NCBI GenBank assembly: GCA_963696295.1
Contig: CAVOJR010000001.1
Coordinates: 1,312,001 to 1,376,000, forward strand
DNA: 64,000 nucleotides
Direction of reading: 5' to 3'
DNA from: an uncultured Chlamydiae bacterium
Lineage (GTDB): Bacteria; Chlamydiota; Chlamydiia; Chlamydiales; JAJFMB01
Position numbers and translations under genes: made by a program. The notes below the pieces were generated by a model. The model did not search any database, was not told the origin of the DNA, and saw nothing but the letters and a program-made list of their open reading frames with translations. This document shows, one piece after another, positions 42,947 through 52,757 of this stretch. Numbering within the stretch: the first letter of the stretch is position 1; each line of letters opens with the position of its first letter.

Positions 42947-43516
42947 ATGGAACCCCCTGAAAATAAATCGCAAAAGAAAAAGCCTGAACGCCCCCTGGAA
43001 TGCACGGAATGCAAAAAGCCGATCATGGTCATCTATACCGAGATCGTCGGCGATCTGATGACTCAGACAAGCATGTGCGCCGATTGCCCCGAATTGCAAA
43101 AACGCCTAAAAGGAGTGCCTCATGAATTTCACACTCAAGAAGGAGTCAGCGCCGGCGTTGCCTGCGGCAATTGCGGCACCACTCTGGAAGCCGTTAAAAT
43201 GGGCTCTGCCCTCGGCTGTCCGAACTGCTATGAAATTTTTGGCGATATCATCCTCGCAGAACTAAGGGAATCCGAAAGCCTCCCTCAAAGGCTCGCTGTC
43301 ACCGCCAAATCGATTCCAATCCATATTGGCCGCATCCCAGGCGAAACACTCGAGATAACCCCATCCCTTCGCCTTCTCGCTTTAAACGAAGCTCTAAATG
43401 AAACGCTAAAGCGGGAAGATTATGAACAAGCCGCGATTTTACGCGATCAAATTAAAGAACTAACCGAATCAGAGACAAACCATGATCCCAAAAAACAACG
43501 GAAGTCCAATTCTTAA
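42947..43516 (+). CDS. mcsA: McsA (CxxC zinc motifs plus a UVR domain)
   Basis: CTEC, CADC, CGNC, LGCPNCY and EDYEQAAILRDQI. Confidence 0.9.
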   Translation: MEPPENKSQKKKPERPLECTECKKPIMVIYTEIVGDLMTQTSMCADCPELQKRLKGVPHEFHTQEGVSAGVACGNCGTTLEAVKMGSALGCPNCYEIFGDIILAELRESESLPQRLAVTAKSIPIHIGRIPGETLEITPSLRLLALNEALNETLKREDYEQAAILRDQIKELTESETNHDPKKQRKSNS

Positions 43517-44549
43517 GCAAAAAAAGCCTTGGACGGATAATCACAACGACATCTGGATAGCCTCTACCCTCTCCCTTTTTCGCAATATTGAAAACTTTAA
43601 CTTTCCTGGAAAAATGACTGCGGAAAGGAGAAAACAAATCATTCCCCTCCTTTCGAAAGAGTTGACCCAAATACCAGGTCTCGATAAGCCCATCGTCCTC
43701 AATGCGGATGAGATAACTCCCAATGAAAAAGAGTATCTGGTCGAGCATTTCTTAAGCCCCTTCAGCTACCATGACACCTATGCCGGGGAAGGATTTGTCA
43801 TTGATAACAGCGGTCAATTTTTAGCGACCTTAAATGTTCATGACCATCTTCACCTGCATCTCATCGACATCAGGGGCGAATTGGAAAAATCGTGGAACAG
43901 CCTGGTAAAAATGGAAATGCAAATCGGCAAATCGTTTGCTTACGCCTTTTCCTCAAGATTCGGCTTTTTGACCTCAAATGCCGCCAACTGCGGCACAGGA
44001 TTGATCATCGCCCTCTATCTTCAGCCAAGCGCTCTTATCCATACCGGAAAGATTGATGAGTTTTTAGAAAAGAACGCCGACAAAAGCCTGACAATCACCG
44101 GACTGCAGGGCAACCCTGAAGAGCTCATCGGAGATATTCTGATGATCAAAAACCACTACACACTGGGAATGAATGAAGAAAACATCATCTCTACCCTGCG
44201 CAGTTTCGCCACCAAATTATTAGTGGAAGAAGGCAGCGCCCGCAATGGAATCAAGCACCAGGAAAGCCCGCAAGTCAAAGACAAAGTCAGCCGGGCCTTT
44301 GGCATTCTGATCCATTCCTACCAAATTGACGCCATAGAAGCCCTGAACGCCATCAGCCTGCTCAAACTGGGCTCTGAACTTGGCTGGCTGGAAGGATCTA
44401 ATACAGCCGCCTTGAATGAGTTATTCTTCAACTGCCGCCGCTCCCACCTTTTCCAAACATTCGGAGAAAAAATTTCTCCCGAAGAACTTCCCCATAAACG
44501 CGCCGAGTTTATTCACCAATCTCTTAAAAATGTTCAACTTAAAATATGA
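43482..44549 (+). CDS. mcsB: McsB protein arginine kinase family
   Basis: RNIENFNFP, FGFLTS..NCGTGL, TLGMNEENII and DKVSRAFGIL. Follows mcsA. Confidence 0.88.
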   Translation: MIPKNNGSPILKQKKPWTDNHNDIWIASTLSLFRNIENFNFPGKMTAERRKQIIPLLSKELTQIPGLDKPIVLNADEITPNEKEYLVEHFLSPFSYHDTYAGEGFVIDNSGQFLATLNVHDHLHLHLIDIRGELEKSWNSLVKMEMQIGKSFAYAFSSRFGFLTSNAANCGTGLIIALYLQPSALIHTGKIDEFLEKNADKSLTITGLQGNPEELIGDILMIKNHYTLGMNEENIISTLRSFATKLLVEEGSARNGIKHQESPQVKDKVSRAFGILIHSYQIDAIEALNAISLLKLGSELGWLEGSNTAALNELFFNCRRSHLFQTFGEKISPEELPHKRAEFIHQSLKNVQLKI

Positions 44550-45628
44550 GCGTAATCAAAAGCGCTGGTATATGCTTCAATGAAAACTCCTTTTATCTAG
44601 ACCATCTTGGCATTGTCTGCTCCTTTATGGGAGCCCCGGTCGTTACCTTAGCGGATGACTGCGTGGAGGCGGCCAAAAAGTATTACCCCGACATCGATAT
44701 TATCAAACTTGACTATGGGGACCTCTCGCCGGAATATCTCTTTGAGCATTATGATGCCCTTTATCTCTCCGAATATTGGCCTAATGTCAACGTCAAGTAC
44801 AAAGCCTTAAGGGAGAGATTTCATAAGGATTTGAGAATTGTACACTGCCCGCATGGATTTTCAGATAAAAGTTATTGGTTCGACAAATGCGTGCAGGAAG
44901 ATATTGTCTTAGTTTATGGCCAGCATATGCTGGATATGTTGAAGAGACTGAATTTGCCCGAATTAAAAAATTATGTAGTTACTGGAAATTATCGCTACAC
45001 TTATTACAAAAAACATAAAATATTTTACGACACACTCATTCAAAATGAAATATTAAGCCGCTTCAAAAAAAAACAACCCATCATTCTTTACGCACCGACC
45101 TGGCTGGACAGAAGGTACTCTTCAACCTTTTTTGATGCCTGCGGCCAGCTGATTGAAAATCTTCCGGATCACTACAATATGATTGTCAAACTCCATCCCG
45201 GCCTGGAAAGAAATGACATCGCTCAATACTATTCCATTCTCAATACCTATTCCCACCTCGAAAATGTCCTTTTTATTTCCGATTTCCCTCCTGTTTTCCC
45301 CCTGTTGGCAGTAGCTGATATATATATAGGTGATTCTTCATCAGTTGGATACGATTTTCTAATGCTGGATAAACCGATGTTCTTTTTGAATAAGTTCAAA
45401 GAAGATCCGGAAACAACACCCTATATTTATCTCTATCGCTGCGGCAAAAATATCTTCCCTGAGGAGTATAAAGACACCTACAAGATCATAGAAAGAGAAC
45501 TGCCGGATGACAGGAAAAACTATGGCTCTATAAGAAGCGACGTGAAAACATATACGTTTGGGGAAGAGAGATCGTTTGAGGAGATTAAGAGGGGAATCAT
45601 ATCATGTTTTGATTCCAGCGCTCGATAA
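44546..45628 (+). CDS. CDP-glycerol glycerophosphotransferase (TagB/TagF-like) family
   Basis: HG, ILYAPTW, VKLHP and DIYIGDSSSVGYDFL.LDKPMFF. Confidence 0.85.
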   Translation: MSVIKSAGICFNENSFYLDHLGIVCSFMGAPVVTLADDCVEAAKKYYPDIDIIKLDYGDLSPEYLFEHYDALYLSEYWPNVNVKYKALRERFHKDLRIVHCPHGFSDKSYWFDKCVQEDIVLVYGQHMLDMLKRLNLPELKNYVVTGNYRYTYYKKHKIFYDTLIQNEILSRFKKKQPIILYAPTWLDRRYSSTFFDACGQLIENLPDHYNMIVKLHPGLERNDIAQYYSILNTYSHLENVLFISDFPPVFPLLAVADIYIGDSSSVGYDFLMLDKPMFFLNKFKEDPETTPYIYLYRCGKNIFPEEYKDTYKIIERELPDDRKNYGSIRSDVKTYTFGEERSFEEIKRGIISCFDSSAR

Positions 45629-46295
45629 GGAGGTTCGCCTTATCCAAATCTTCAGCATAGTCCACTTCCACGGCCGCCGTCTCTTTGACCGGAATAGCCC
45701 AAATCTCCATCCCGTCGTCGATGCATAATTGCAGCGCTTTCTCGAAATAGTCGTTCGGCTCGCAGCGTTCCAGATTCCTTTTTAGCAAAGGAAGATCATC
45801 AGATCGGACCATATTCATCCCAAGGGCTTCCCCATTTGGAATTTTGACATCTTTGGACACTTCGACAATCTTTCCAATCCCGTCCGTCCGGTACTTGACT
45901 TCTTCCTCCAGCGTCTGCTCCATATTGACAATCATTCCCGATTTCCCAAACGAGATGAGCCGCTGAAGGATGTAGGGATGAAAAACGACATCGCCATTCA
46001 TCCAGATCACGTCGTCTTCTTCAATTTGATTCAACGCGATCAGCAAACTTCTGGCGGTGTTGGTACTATCGTATTGGGTATTCTCTACAAAGGTCAAATT
46101 GGGATATTTCTCACGCAAAAGCTCCTGCATGTATCCCACTACGATGATAACGTGATCCAGATGCCCAAACTGGGCTATATTTTCCAGCTGCATCCCTAAA
46201 ATGGTTTTCTCATTAGAGAGGCGAAGCAACGCTTTAGGCGCGTCGTGGTTTTCGAAACGGCTGCCTATCCCGGCCGCTAGAATGATCACTCTCAT
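45597..46295 (-). CDS. Phosphocholine cytidylyltransferase (LicC)-like NTP transferase
   Basis: IILAAGIGSRF, PKAL, TNTARSL, MNGDVVF and EVDYAED. Confidence 0.85.
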   Translation of the reverse strand: MRVIILAAGIGSRFENHDAPKALLRLSNEKTILGMQLENIAQFGHLDHVIIVVGYMQELLREKYPNLTFVENTQYDSTNTARSLLIALNQIEEDDVIWMNGDVVFHPYILQRLISFGKSGMIVNMEQTLEEEVKYRTDGIGKIVEVSKDVKIPNGEALGMNMVRSDDLPLLKRNLERCEPNDYFEKALQLCIDDGMEIWAIPVKETAAVEVDYAEDLDKANLLIERWNQNMI

Positions 46296-47956
46296 TTATC
46301 AACCTGTTTAGCCAACCAGTTTTCTCCTTTTCGCACAATAGGCAAAGTGATGTGCGAAAGCCAGCTGCCTCCCACATGAACTTTGTTGTGAGCAAGGGCA
46401 AAATTGCCTGAATTGCCTCCTATTAACCCGACATTCAAGTTTTTCTCAAAGCGGGGATAATTGGAACTGGTCACCGAAATGCGGATGCGATGCCCCTTGG
46501 CAAAGACAATGCTGGTGGACCACAAATCCAAATCTACTTTAAAAGGGTCTTTTAAAGGATTGGATTTCAGCCCTTCTGAAATGCCTGTGCGATAAATGCT
46601 GTCGGCAATCAAAATACTGCGCCCATCCGGGTAAACATCAGTCAAGCGGACAACTACGTCAGTATCTTTTTGATCTGAAGAGAAAAAGAGGCTGGCCGTC
46701 ACGCGGCCGGTTACTTCCAGATCTTCAGAAAGAGGGTCTGTTGTGAAGACCAAAACATCGTTACGCTCCTCAATTTTCTGCACGTTTTTTGGACCTGCTT
46801 CCAAAAACAGGTTTCTTCCGCCAATCGTCGGAACGGGATTATGGGGATCGTAGACAAAAGTAAACTCTTTTTGCTCAGGAGAGTATTGTTCAGAGAGTTT
46901 TTGATCCGGAGTCAGATAGAAGGCCGTTTCCACACAGGGAACGGGCCATTTATCGGTCTGACGCCAGCGATTTCCACTCGAAGGGCTGCCATCAAAAGGG
47001 CCCATGACGTAGTAGATGACCTCCGGGATTTTATCAATGCCGTTATCAACGCCCTTCAGATAAAAATCGAGCCAGCGATTCACGGACAAATCGAGCGGAG
47101 GTGATTGCCCTTCTTTCGGCACTTCAAAATCTCCAAGGCGAATAGTCGCCGGCCAGTGGTGAGTCCATGGGCCTATCAGCAATTTCTGCTTCCCTTTTGC
47201 CCCGGCGCCGCCTCTCTCCTGGCGGGAAACGAAAGCATCGAGGGTTCCCTGGACAAAGGTATCAAACCATCCCCCATAGTGCAGGGCGGGAACTTGCACC
47301 CGATCGGAAACGCGCAGCGTATCAAGGCTTTCCCAAAACTCGTTATAAAAGGGCTGGCTATTGACAAAGCTGTGTACGCCAGAATCTCTGGCATATAAAC
47401 CAAGCCACCCCTCCACCTGATTTTTCAGCACCTGCCCCCCTACAAAAATGCCATGATGAAACAGGCTGCTGGCTGCAACGCCTATGTATTGGCATTTTAA
47501 AGAGGGAGGAGCTGATGGAGCCATCAAAAGCTGTGTGATTCCCAAAGCTGAGAAACCAACGGTTCCCACTTTTCCATTGGTAAAAACACTTTTTGCCAGC
47601 CACTCGACCGTGTCGTAACCGTCCTGATGCACGCCCCATCCATCGCTCATATAGGGCAGCGTTTTGCCTTCCTGATCGATAGCGCTTCGCGTATCCTGAA
47701 TAGCCACGACATATCCCAGCTGCGATAATGCGGCGTAACCCAGCCAGGGCGGCGAACGCCGGCCGGCAGGGCTGCGCAACAAAACACAGGGGCTAGTGCC
47801 AATTTCCGCATCGGAAGGGAAATACATATCCGTGGGCAACTCCGTCCCGTCACGCATAGGGATCATGACGGTAAAACTCGGTTTCAAATCTTCTGCAGCT
47901 ACAGAAAAAATGCAGAAAAAGCACAAAACATATCGGATCGATCTTAAAATTAGCAT
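46292..47956 (-). CDS. CocE/NonD family serine hydrolase with a signal peptide
   Basis: MIPMRDGTEL, DGYDTVEW, GFSALG nucleophile, GWFD, IGPWTH and SSNYPRF. Confidence 0.9.
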   Translation of the reverse strand: MLILRSIRYVLCFFCIFSVAAEDLKPSFTVMIPMRDGTELPTDMYFPSDAEIGTSPCVLLRSPAGRRSPPWLGYAALSQLGYVVAIQDTRSAIDQEGKTLPYMSDGWGVHQDGYDTVEWLAKSVFTNGKVGTVGFSALGITQLLMAPSAPPSLKCQYIGVAASSLFHHGIFVGGQVLKNQVEGWLGLYARDSGVHSFVNSQPFYNEFWESLDTLRVSDRVQVPALHYGGWFDTFVQGTLDAFVSRQERGGAGAKGKQKLLIGPWTHHWPATIRLGDFEVPKEGQSPPLDLSVNRWLDFYLKGVDNGIDKIPEVIYYVMGPFDGSPSSGNRWRQTDKWPVPCVETAFYLTPDQKLSEQYSPEQKEFTFVYDPHNPVPTIGGRNLFLEAGPKNVQKIEERNDVLVFTTDPLSEDLEVTGRVTASLFFSSDQKDTDVVVRLTDVYPDGRSILIADSIYRTGISEGLKSNPLKDPFKVDLDLWSTSIVFAKGHRIRISVTSSNYPRFEKNLNVGLIGGNSGNFALAHNKVHVGGSWLSHITLPIVRKGENWLAKQVDK

Positions 47957-48016
47957 GATTTCATCCAATCTTTAGACAAGCGACACTCTATCATGTCAGC
48001 CGGCAAAAGAGCAATA

Positions 48017-48307
48017 TTAGTTACTGCTCTTTGCGCGAGCGGCCAATCTGGATTTTGTCCTGCCGGCGGTATTGTGTTTGTATATACCTTTTTTAACTCC
48101 CTTGTCTATAAGACTATAGATCTCATTCAAGGAGTTTTGAATGTTGATTTGATCGGTTTCCGACAAGACCGTTTCGAATTTACGGATAGCTGTCCGAACC
48201 TTGGATTTGAATGATTTATTGATCATTCTGCTCTTTTTATTCTGCATTTCACGCTTTTGAGCTGTAGGCCGCTTGACTTTTTTAGCTTTTGCTGTTTCTT
48301 TTGCCAT
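48017..48307 (-). CDS. rpsT: 30S ribosomal protein S20
   Basis: NKSFKSKVRTAIRK and IDKGVKKGIYKHNTAGRTKSRL. Confidence 0.95.
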   Translation of the reverse strand: MAKETAKAKKVKRPTAQKREMQNKKSRMINKSFKSKVRTAIRKFETVLSETDQINIQNSLNEIYSLIDKGVKKGIYKHNTAGRTKSRLAARAKSSN

Positions 48308-48413
48308 TTTTCCTCTTTATTTCTCAGGTTTTGAGTCTTTTCATGCGACTCTTGTTTTACAAAATTAGGACTTGCATTATAATAATCCGTGAATAATTCG
48401 TCAAAGTCATTTC

Positions 48414-49262
48414 ATGAAACATACAGCAAAAAATAACAGTACAATTTTCGAGGCGCTCGAAGGATTTTATCCCGACGCATCAAAAACCACCTTGCGCTCC
48501 TGGTTGAAAGAGGGGAGAATCTATGTGGACGGCCTTAAAATCCTTCGCACCAACCACCCCGTTCAGGAGGGGCAGACCCTTGAATTAAAGCCAAAAGTTT
48601 ACACCATTGCGCGAAACTTACACATTCTCTATGAAGATAACGATATCGTCGTCGTGGATAAACCACCCGGATTATTGAGCGTGGCGACAGAATCGGAGAC
48701 AGAAAACACGGTGCATAGCCATTTAAAATCTCATTACTACCCAAAAAGGGTTTTTCCCGTGCACCGTCTGGACCAGGATACCTCCGGCGTTCTCCTTTTT
48801 GCTCTAAATGAGCGCGCGCGCGATGAATTAAAAAAAGTTTTTGAGGCTCATTCCATAGAGCGCGCCTACGTCGCCCTGGTTGAAGGGGAGGTCAGCACCC
48901 CAGCCGGCACCTGGCAATCCTATCTTTATGAGGACAAAAATTATGTCGTCCACGCCACAAACGACCCCCAAAAGGGGCGGCTCGCGGTCACCCATTACAC
49001 TTGCGAAAAAGTGTTTAAACACTGCAGCTGGCTCAATTTGAGACTGGAAAGCGGGCGTAAAAACCAGATTCGCGTCCAATGCCAGCTGGCCGGTCATCCC
49101 GTCGTCGGCGACAGCAAATATGGCGCTAAGACAAACCCATTGCGCCGCCTGGCCCTGCACGCTTACCATTTGTCGTTTGCCCATCCTGTCACCCATAAAA
49201 AAATGTCCTTCGAAGTACCCCCGCCGACAAAGTTTTTTGAGTTTATGAAACGGAAACATTGA
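48414..49262 (+). CDS. RluA/RluD family pseudouridine synthase
   Basis: S4-like N-terminus, VDKPPGL, VHRLDQDTSG, SGRKNQIR and HPVVGDSKYG. Confidence 0.93.
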   Translation: MKHTAKNNSTIFEALEGFYPDASKTTLRSWLKEGRIYVDGLKILRTNHPVQEGQTLELKPKVYTIARNLHILYEDNDIVVVDKPPGLLSVATESETENTVHSHLKSHYYPKRVFPVHRLDQDTSGVLLFALNERARDELKKVFEAHSIERAYVALVEGEVSTPAGTWQSYLYEDKNYVVHATNDPQKGRLAVTHYTCEKVFKHCSWLNLRLESGRKNQIRVQCQLAGHPVVGDSKYGAKTNPLRRLALHAYHLSFAHPVTHKKMSFEVPPPTKFFEFMKRKH

Positions 49263-49282
49263 GACAAATATCTAGCGGTTGT

Positions 49283-49744
49283 ATGATGCCAGGCATGCAT
49301 CAAAACAGAATCTGGTTAGCTTTTCTCGCCATAATTTCTCTTGTCCTGCTCTGGCATACGGCTATTTTCGCCTTCAAATTCACCCGCTATTCCACCCTCA
49401 CAAGCACAGCTCTCTCCACTCACACTGAATGGTCTATCGCAAAACTCGGCACTGACCGCTACGCCCTGCATGTGAAATACTCCTATGACTTCAACGGCAA
49501 GAGTTTTCAAAACGAAGAGACTTTAGGCCGCCCCCTCTTTCGCAATACCTTCGCGGCGGGCAAATCCATGCCGGGCGCTTCCCCAAGACTGATCTGGTTT
49601 TCCCCTGACAATCCGGATTATTCCACCTCAGACAAGTCTTTTCCTCTCAAAGAGGCGGTCTATGCCGGCGTCATGTGGCTTTTGCTCCTGTATTTTATCT
49701 GGCTTGGGATACACGTAAATAAGAGGCAAATACAATGGAACTGA
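49283..49744 (+). CDS. Two-TM membrane protein (DUF3592-like); start uncertain
   Basis: TM, a beta-rich VKYSYDFNGKSF segment, then a second TM. Confidence 0.65.
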   Translation: MMPGMHQNRIWLAFLAIISLVLLWHTAIFAFKFTRYSTLTSTALSTHTEWSIAKLGTDRYALHVKYSYDFNGKSFQNEETLGRPLFRNTFAAGKSMPGASPRLIWFSPDNPDYSTSDKSFPLKEAVYAGVMWLLLLYFIWLGIHVNKRQIQWN

Positions 49745-50619
49745 AACTGAAAAATAAAACCGTTGAAGGCGTTCCGCTCGAAGCAACTTATTTGCCTGAA
49801 AAAGGGATGAATATGATCAGCTTCAAATGGGGGGATGTGGAAGTGATAGATCCTTCCACCAAACCGATATTCGATCAGCGCTTCGGCGGACTTGGGCCCC
49901 TGATCGGCCCCCATTTTTATCAGCGAAATCCCGCATCCATCGCTCCCATAAAAGAGGAAAGTCTTTTCCCTCACATAGCCGTTATACGGAAAGAGAAGAG
50001 GGCAGACCCCTTTTCGCATGGCATCGGCCGTTATGCGCCCTGGAACTTTCAAGCCACTGAAACAAAAATTACCGCCGCCCTTACAGGCAAAGATACATGG
50101 ATGGGTGTTCCTTTAGCAGACCTGGAGGGGCAGCAATTTCAGATGAGCTTTACCGCAGAATTGACGCCTGCCGGCCTGCAGCTCGATTTGTCGGTGGCCA
50201 GCGACTCCGATTCGCTCGTGGGAATCCACTACTACTACCGCCTGCCAAAGGGGCGGGGAACCATCTATAGCAGAGTGCAAAACCACTATATCGCGAACCG
50301 GGAGCGAAAACCGATACCTGCCGATTGGAATTACGACGCTCAGCATCTGCTCGCCTATCCCTTAACCCAGGACACCGATTTTACTTTTCACCCTTTTCCC
50401 AATCCCAGAATGGGAAGCATCCTCTTAGATACCGAAGAGTACCAATTGGCGACCACCTACTCCTGCATCAGCCAGGAAAACTCATGGCAGCTCTATCACC
50501 CCAAAGGCTCTTCATACGTATGCATCGAACCTGTGAGCGCCCAGGATCCCCGGGCCGCCAACCTTACGGCAAGCGCCCTTTCCATCCATCTTCAGATAAT
50601 GCCCCCAAAAGAGCATTGA
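49735..50619 (+). CDS. Aldose 1-epimerase/galactose mutarotase-like protein
   Basis: HGIGRYAPW, GIHYYY and YVCIEP. Confidence 0.75.
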   Translation: MELKLKNKTVEGVPLEATYLPEKGMNMISFKWGDVEVIDPSTKPIFDQRFGGLGPLIGPHFYQRNPASIAPIKEESLFPHIAVIRKEKRADPFSHGIGRYAPWNFQATETKITAALTGKDTWMGVPLADLEGQQFQMSFTAELTPAGLQLDLSVASDSDSLVGIHYYYRLPKGRGTIYSRVQNHYIANRERKPIPADWNYDAQHLLAYPLTQDTDFTFHPFPNPRMGSILLDTEEYQLATTYSCISQENSWQLYHPKGSSYVCIEPVSAQDPRAANLTASALSIHLQIMPPKEH

Positions 50620-50712
50620 CAGCTTTTACAATAAATTATATTGATTGCCATTATGGTAAACAAATATTTAGTTATTACTTTTTTTTGGCTGTTCTCAAAA
50701 ATTGTTCTGAGC

Positions 50713-50797
50713 AAAAGTATTGCGAAGTATTGGCCGGGAAAAGCAAAGGTATTTAGAAAATAAAAGCGCCTTATCAGCGCGCTTGATGATTAATTAG
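50713..50797 (+). pseudogene. Decayed 3'-end relic of a fourth glycosyltransferase copy
   Basis: TTGCGAAGTATTGGCCGGGAAAA..GGTATTTAGAAAATAAAAGCGCC..TAATTAG matches the last ~28 codons of 50808..51767, with indels. Confidence 0.7.
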
Positions 50798-50807
50798 AGG
50801 GTATTTT

Positions 50808-51767
50808 ATGCTAAGAATTTTTATTTTCCTTTTTTTTCTCTTGGCCGGCAGCAAATCATATAGCCAGACCATCAACATAATCTCCTGGAACAATGGAGTG
50901 GGTCTAACGAATGATTTCAAAATATTGCAGGAGGCTCTAACTCAGCTAGGACACACAGTCAACTATGTCAGTTCCCGATATCCTGAAAGCGCCCCTAAGG
51001 CAGACGTTAATATTATCATTGAATATTTTGATTCGGCGCTTTTATCATCCGCTGATAAAAACTACTTTATTCCCAACGCTGAATATTGTGATGCCACTGA
51101 GGATGAGATTAAAAAATTCGACTTAATCCTTTGCCGCACCAAAGAGGCGGAGCGGATCTTTCATCCCATCAACCCAAACACTTTTTATCTGGGTTTTACA
51201 AGTTTAGACCGAAAAAAACAAGGGGTAAAAAAGAACTTCAATCATCTCTTGCATTTGAAAGGAATGAGTGGAACAAAAGGAACGGACAAAGTCATTGGCT
51301 TATGGACTAGAAAACCAAAATTTCCCAAATTGACCCTGCTCGATGGTCGTGCAGGTAAAAATCCTAAATTGGAAAATTTGGAATATAAAAGGAGATATCT
51401 ATCGGAAGAGTCTTTGGTCGACCTGCAAAACCGCTGCGGTATTCATCTTTGCCCAAGCCAAACTGAAGGTTTCGGCCATTACATCTCAGAGGCTATGAGT
51501 ACAGGCGCTGTGGTTGTGACCACCAATGCCCCTCCCATGAATGAGTTTGTCACCGACCCAAGATGTTTAGTAAAATACAAAAAAACCGGCAGCCAAAGAT
51601 ATGCTACAAATTATTACGTACAAAGAAAAGATTTGGGAAACGTTATCGAAAATTTAATGAAGCTTCCCAAGAAAGAATTGCGTAAAATTGGCCGGGAAAA
51701 CAGGCGGCGGTATTTAGAAAATAAAAGAGCCTTTTTAGAACGCTTAAAAGTTCTCTTCAGTAATTAG
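50808..51767 (+). CDS. GT-B (GT4-like) glycosyltransferase with a signal peptide, copy 1
   Basis: NGVGL..D and HLCPSQTEGFGHYISEAMSTGAVVVTTNAPPMNE (E-x7-E). Confidence 0.88.
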   Translation: MLRIFIFLFFLLAGSKSYSQTINIISWNNGVGLTNDFKILQEALTQLGHTVNYVSSRYPESAPKADVNIIIEYFDSALLSSADKNYFIPNAEYCDATEDEIKKFDLILCRTKEAERIFHPINPNTFYLGFTSLDRKKQGVKKNFNHLLHLKGMSGTKGTDKVIGLWTRKPKFPKLTLLDGRAGKNPKLENLEYKRRYLSEESLVDLQNRCGIHLCPSQTEGFGHYISEAMSTGAVVVTTNAPPMNEFVTDPRCLVKYKKTGSQRYATNYYVQRKDLGNVIENLMKLPKKELRKIGRENRRRYLENKRAFLERLKVLFSN

Positions 51768-51774
51768 GTACAAT

Positions 51775-52746
51775 ATGATTTTCTATATAAGAAATTTTAT
51801 TTTCCTTTTCCTCCTTTTGGCCGGGAGCAAAACTTTTGGAGGCACTCCTTTAACCATCAATATCATATGTTGGAACAATGGAGGCGGTCAAACCAATGAT
51901 TTCAAAATATTGTCATCTGCATTATCAGAGCTTGGACATGTTGTTAATCCTGTTGATTTCTTAGCAAAAGAGGCACCTAAAGCTGATATTAACATTTTCA
52001 TAGAAAGGATGATGAATGAATCCTTATTTGCATCGGCTAATGAAAACTACTTCATGCCCAACGCTGAATGGTGCAGGGAAGGGGAAGAGTTGATAAAAAA
52101 ATTTGACTTAATCCTCTGTCGTACGAAAGAAACAGAGCGGATCTTTCATTCTATCACCCCAAAAACCTATTACTTGGGATTTACAAGTTTAGACAAACAT
52201 CAAAACGGTGTAAAAAAAAGATTCGATCACTTTCTGCATTTGAAAGGAAAGAGTGAGCAAAAAGGAACAAATAAAATCCTAAAATTATGGGCTAAAAAAC
52301 CTAATTTTCCCAAATTGACGTTGCTCACTGTTTCAGGTAAGAACCCCAAATTGAAAAATTTGGAATTTAAAAGAAAATTTCTGCCCGAAGAGACAGTGAC
52401 CAGCTTACAGAACACCTGCGGTATTCACCTATGCCCGAGCGAAACCGAAGGATTTGGCCATTACATCTCAGAGGCTATGAGTACAGGAGCTGTGGTTGTG
52501 ACCACCAATGCCCCTCCCATGAATGAGTTTATCACCGACCCGAGATGTCTAGTACAATACAAAAGAACTACCCCCCAATATTTAGCCACTAATTATTACG
52601 TAGATCAAAAAGATTTGGGAATGGTTATCGAAAAATTAAGGAAGCTTCCCAAGAAAGAATTGCGTAAAATTGGCCGGGAAAACAGGCGGCGGTATTTAGA
52701 AAATAGAAACGCCTTTTTAGAACGCTTAAAGGTTCTCTTTCAGTAA
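51775..52746 (+). CDS. GT-B (GT4-like) glycosyltransferase with a signal peptide, copy 2
   Basis: Tandem paralog with the same EGFGHYISEA motif. Confidence 0.88.
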   Translation: MIFYIRNFIFLFLLLAGSKTFGGTPLTINIICWNNGGGQTNDFKILSSALSELGHVVNPVDFLAKEAPKADINIFIERMMNESLFASANENYFMPNAEWCREGEELIKKFDLILCRTKETERIFHSITPKTYYLGFTSLDKHQNGVKKRFDHFLHLKGKSEQKGTNKILKLWAKKPNFPKLTLLTVSGKNPKLKNLEFKRKFLPEETVTSLQNTCGIHLCPSETEGFGHYISEAMSTGAVVVTTNAPPMNEFITDPRCLVQYKRTTPQYLATNYYVDQKDLGMVIEKLRKLPKKELRKIGRENRRRYLENRNAFLERLKVLFQ

Positions 52747-52757
52747 TTAGGTACAAT

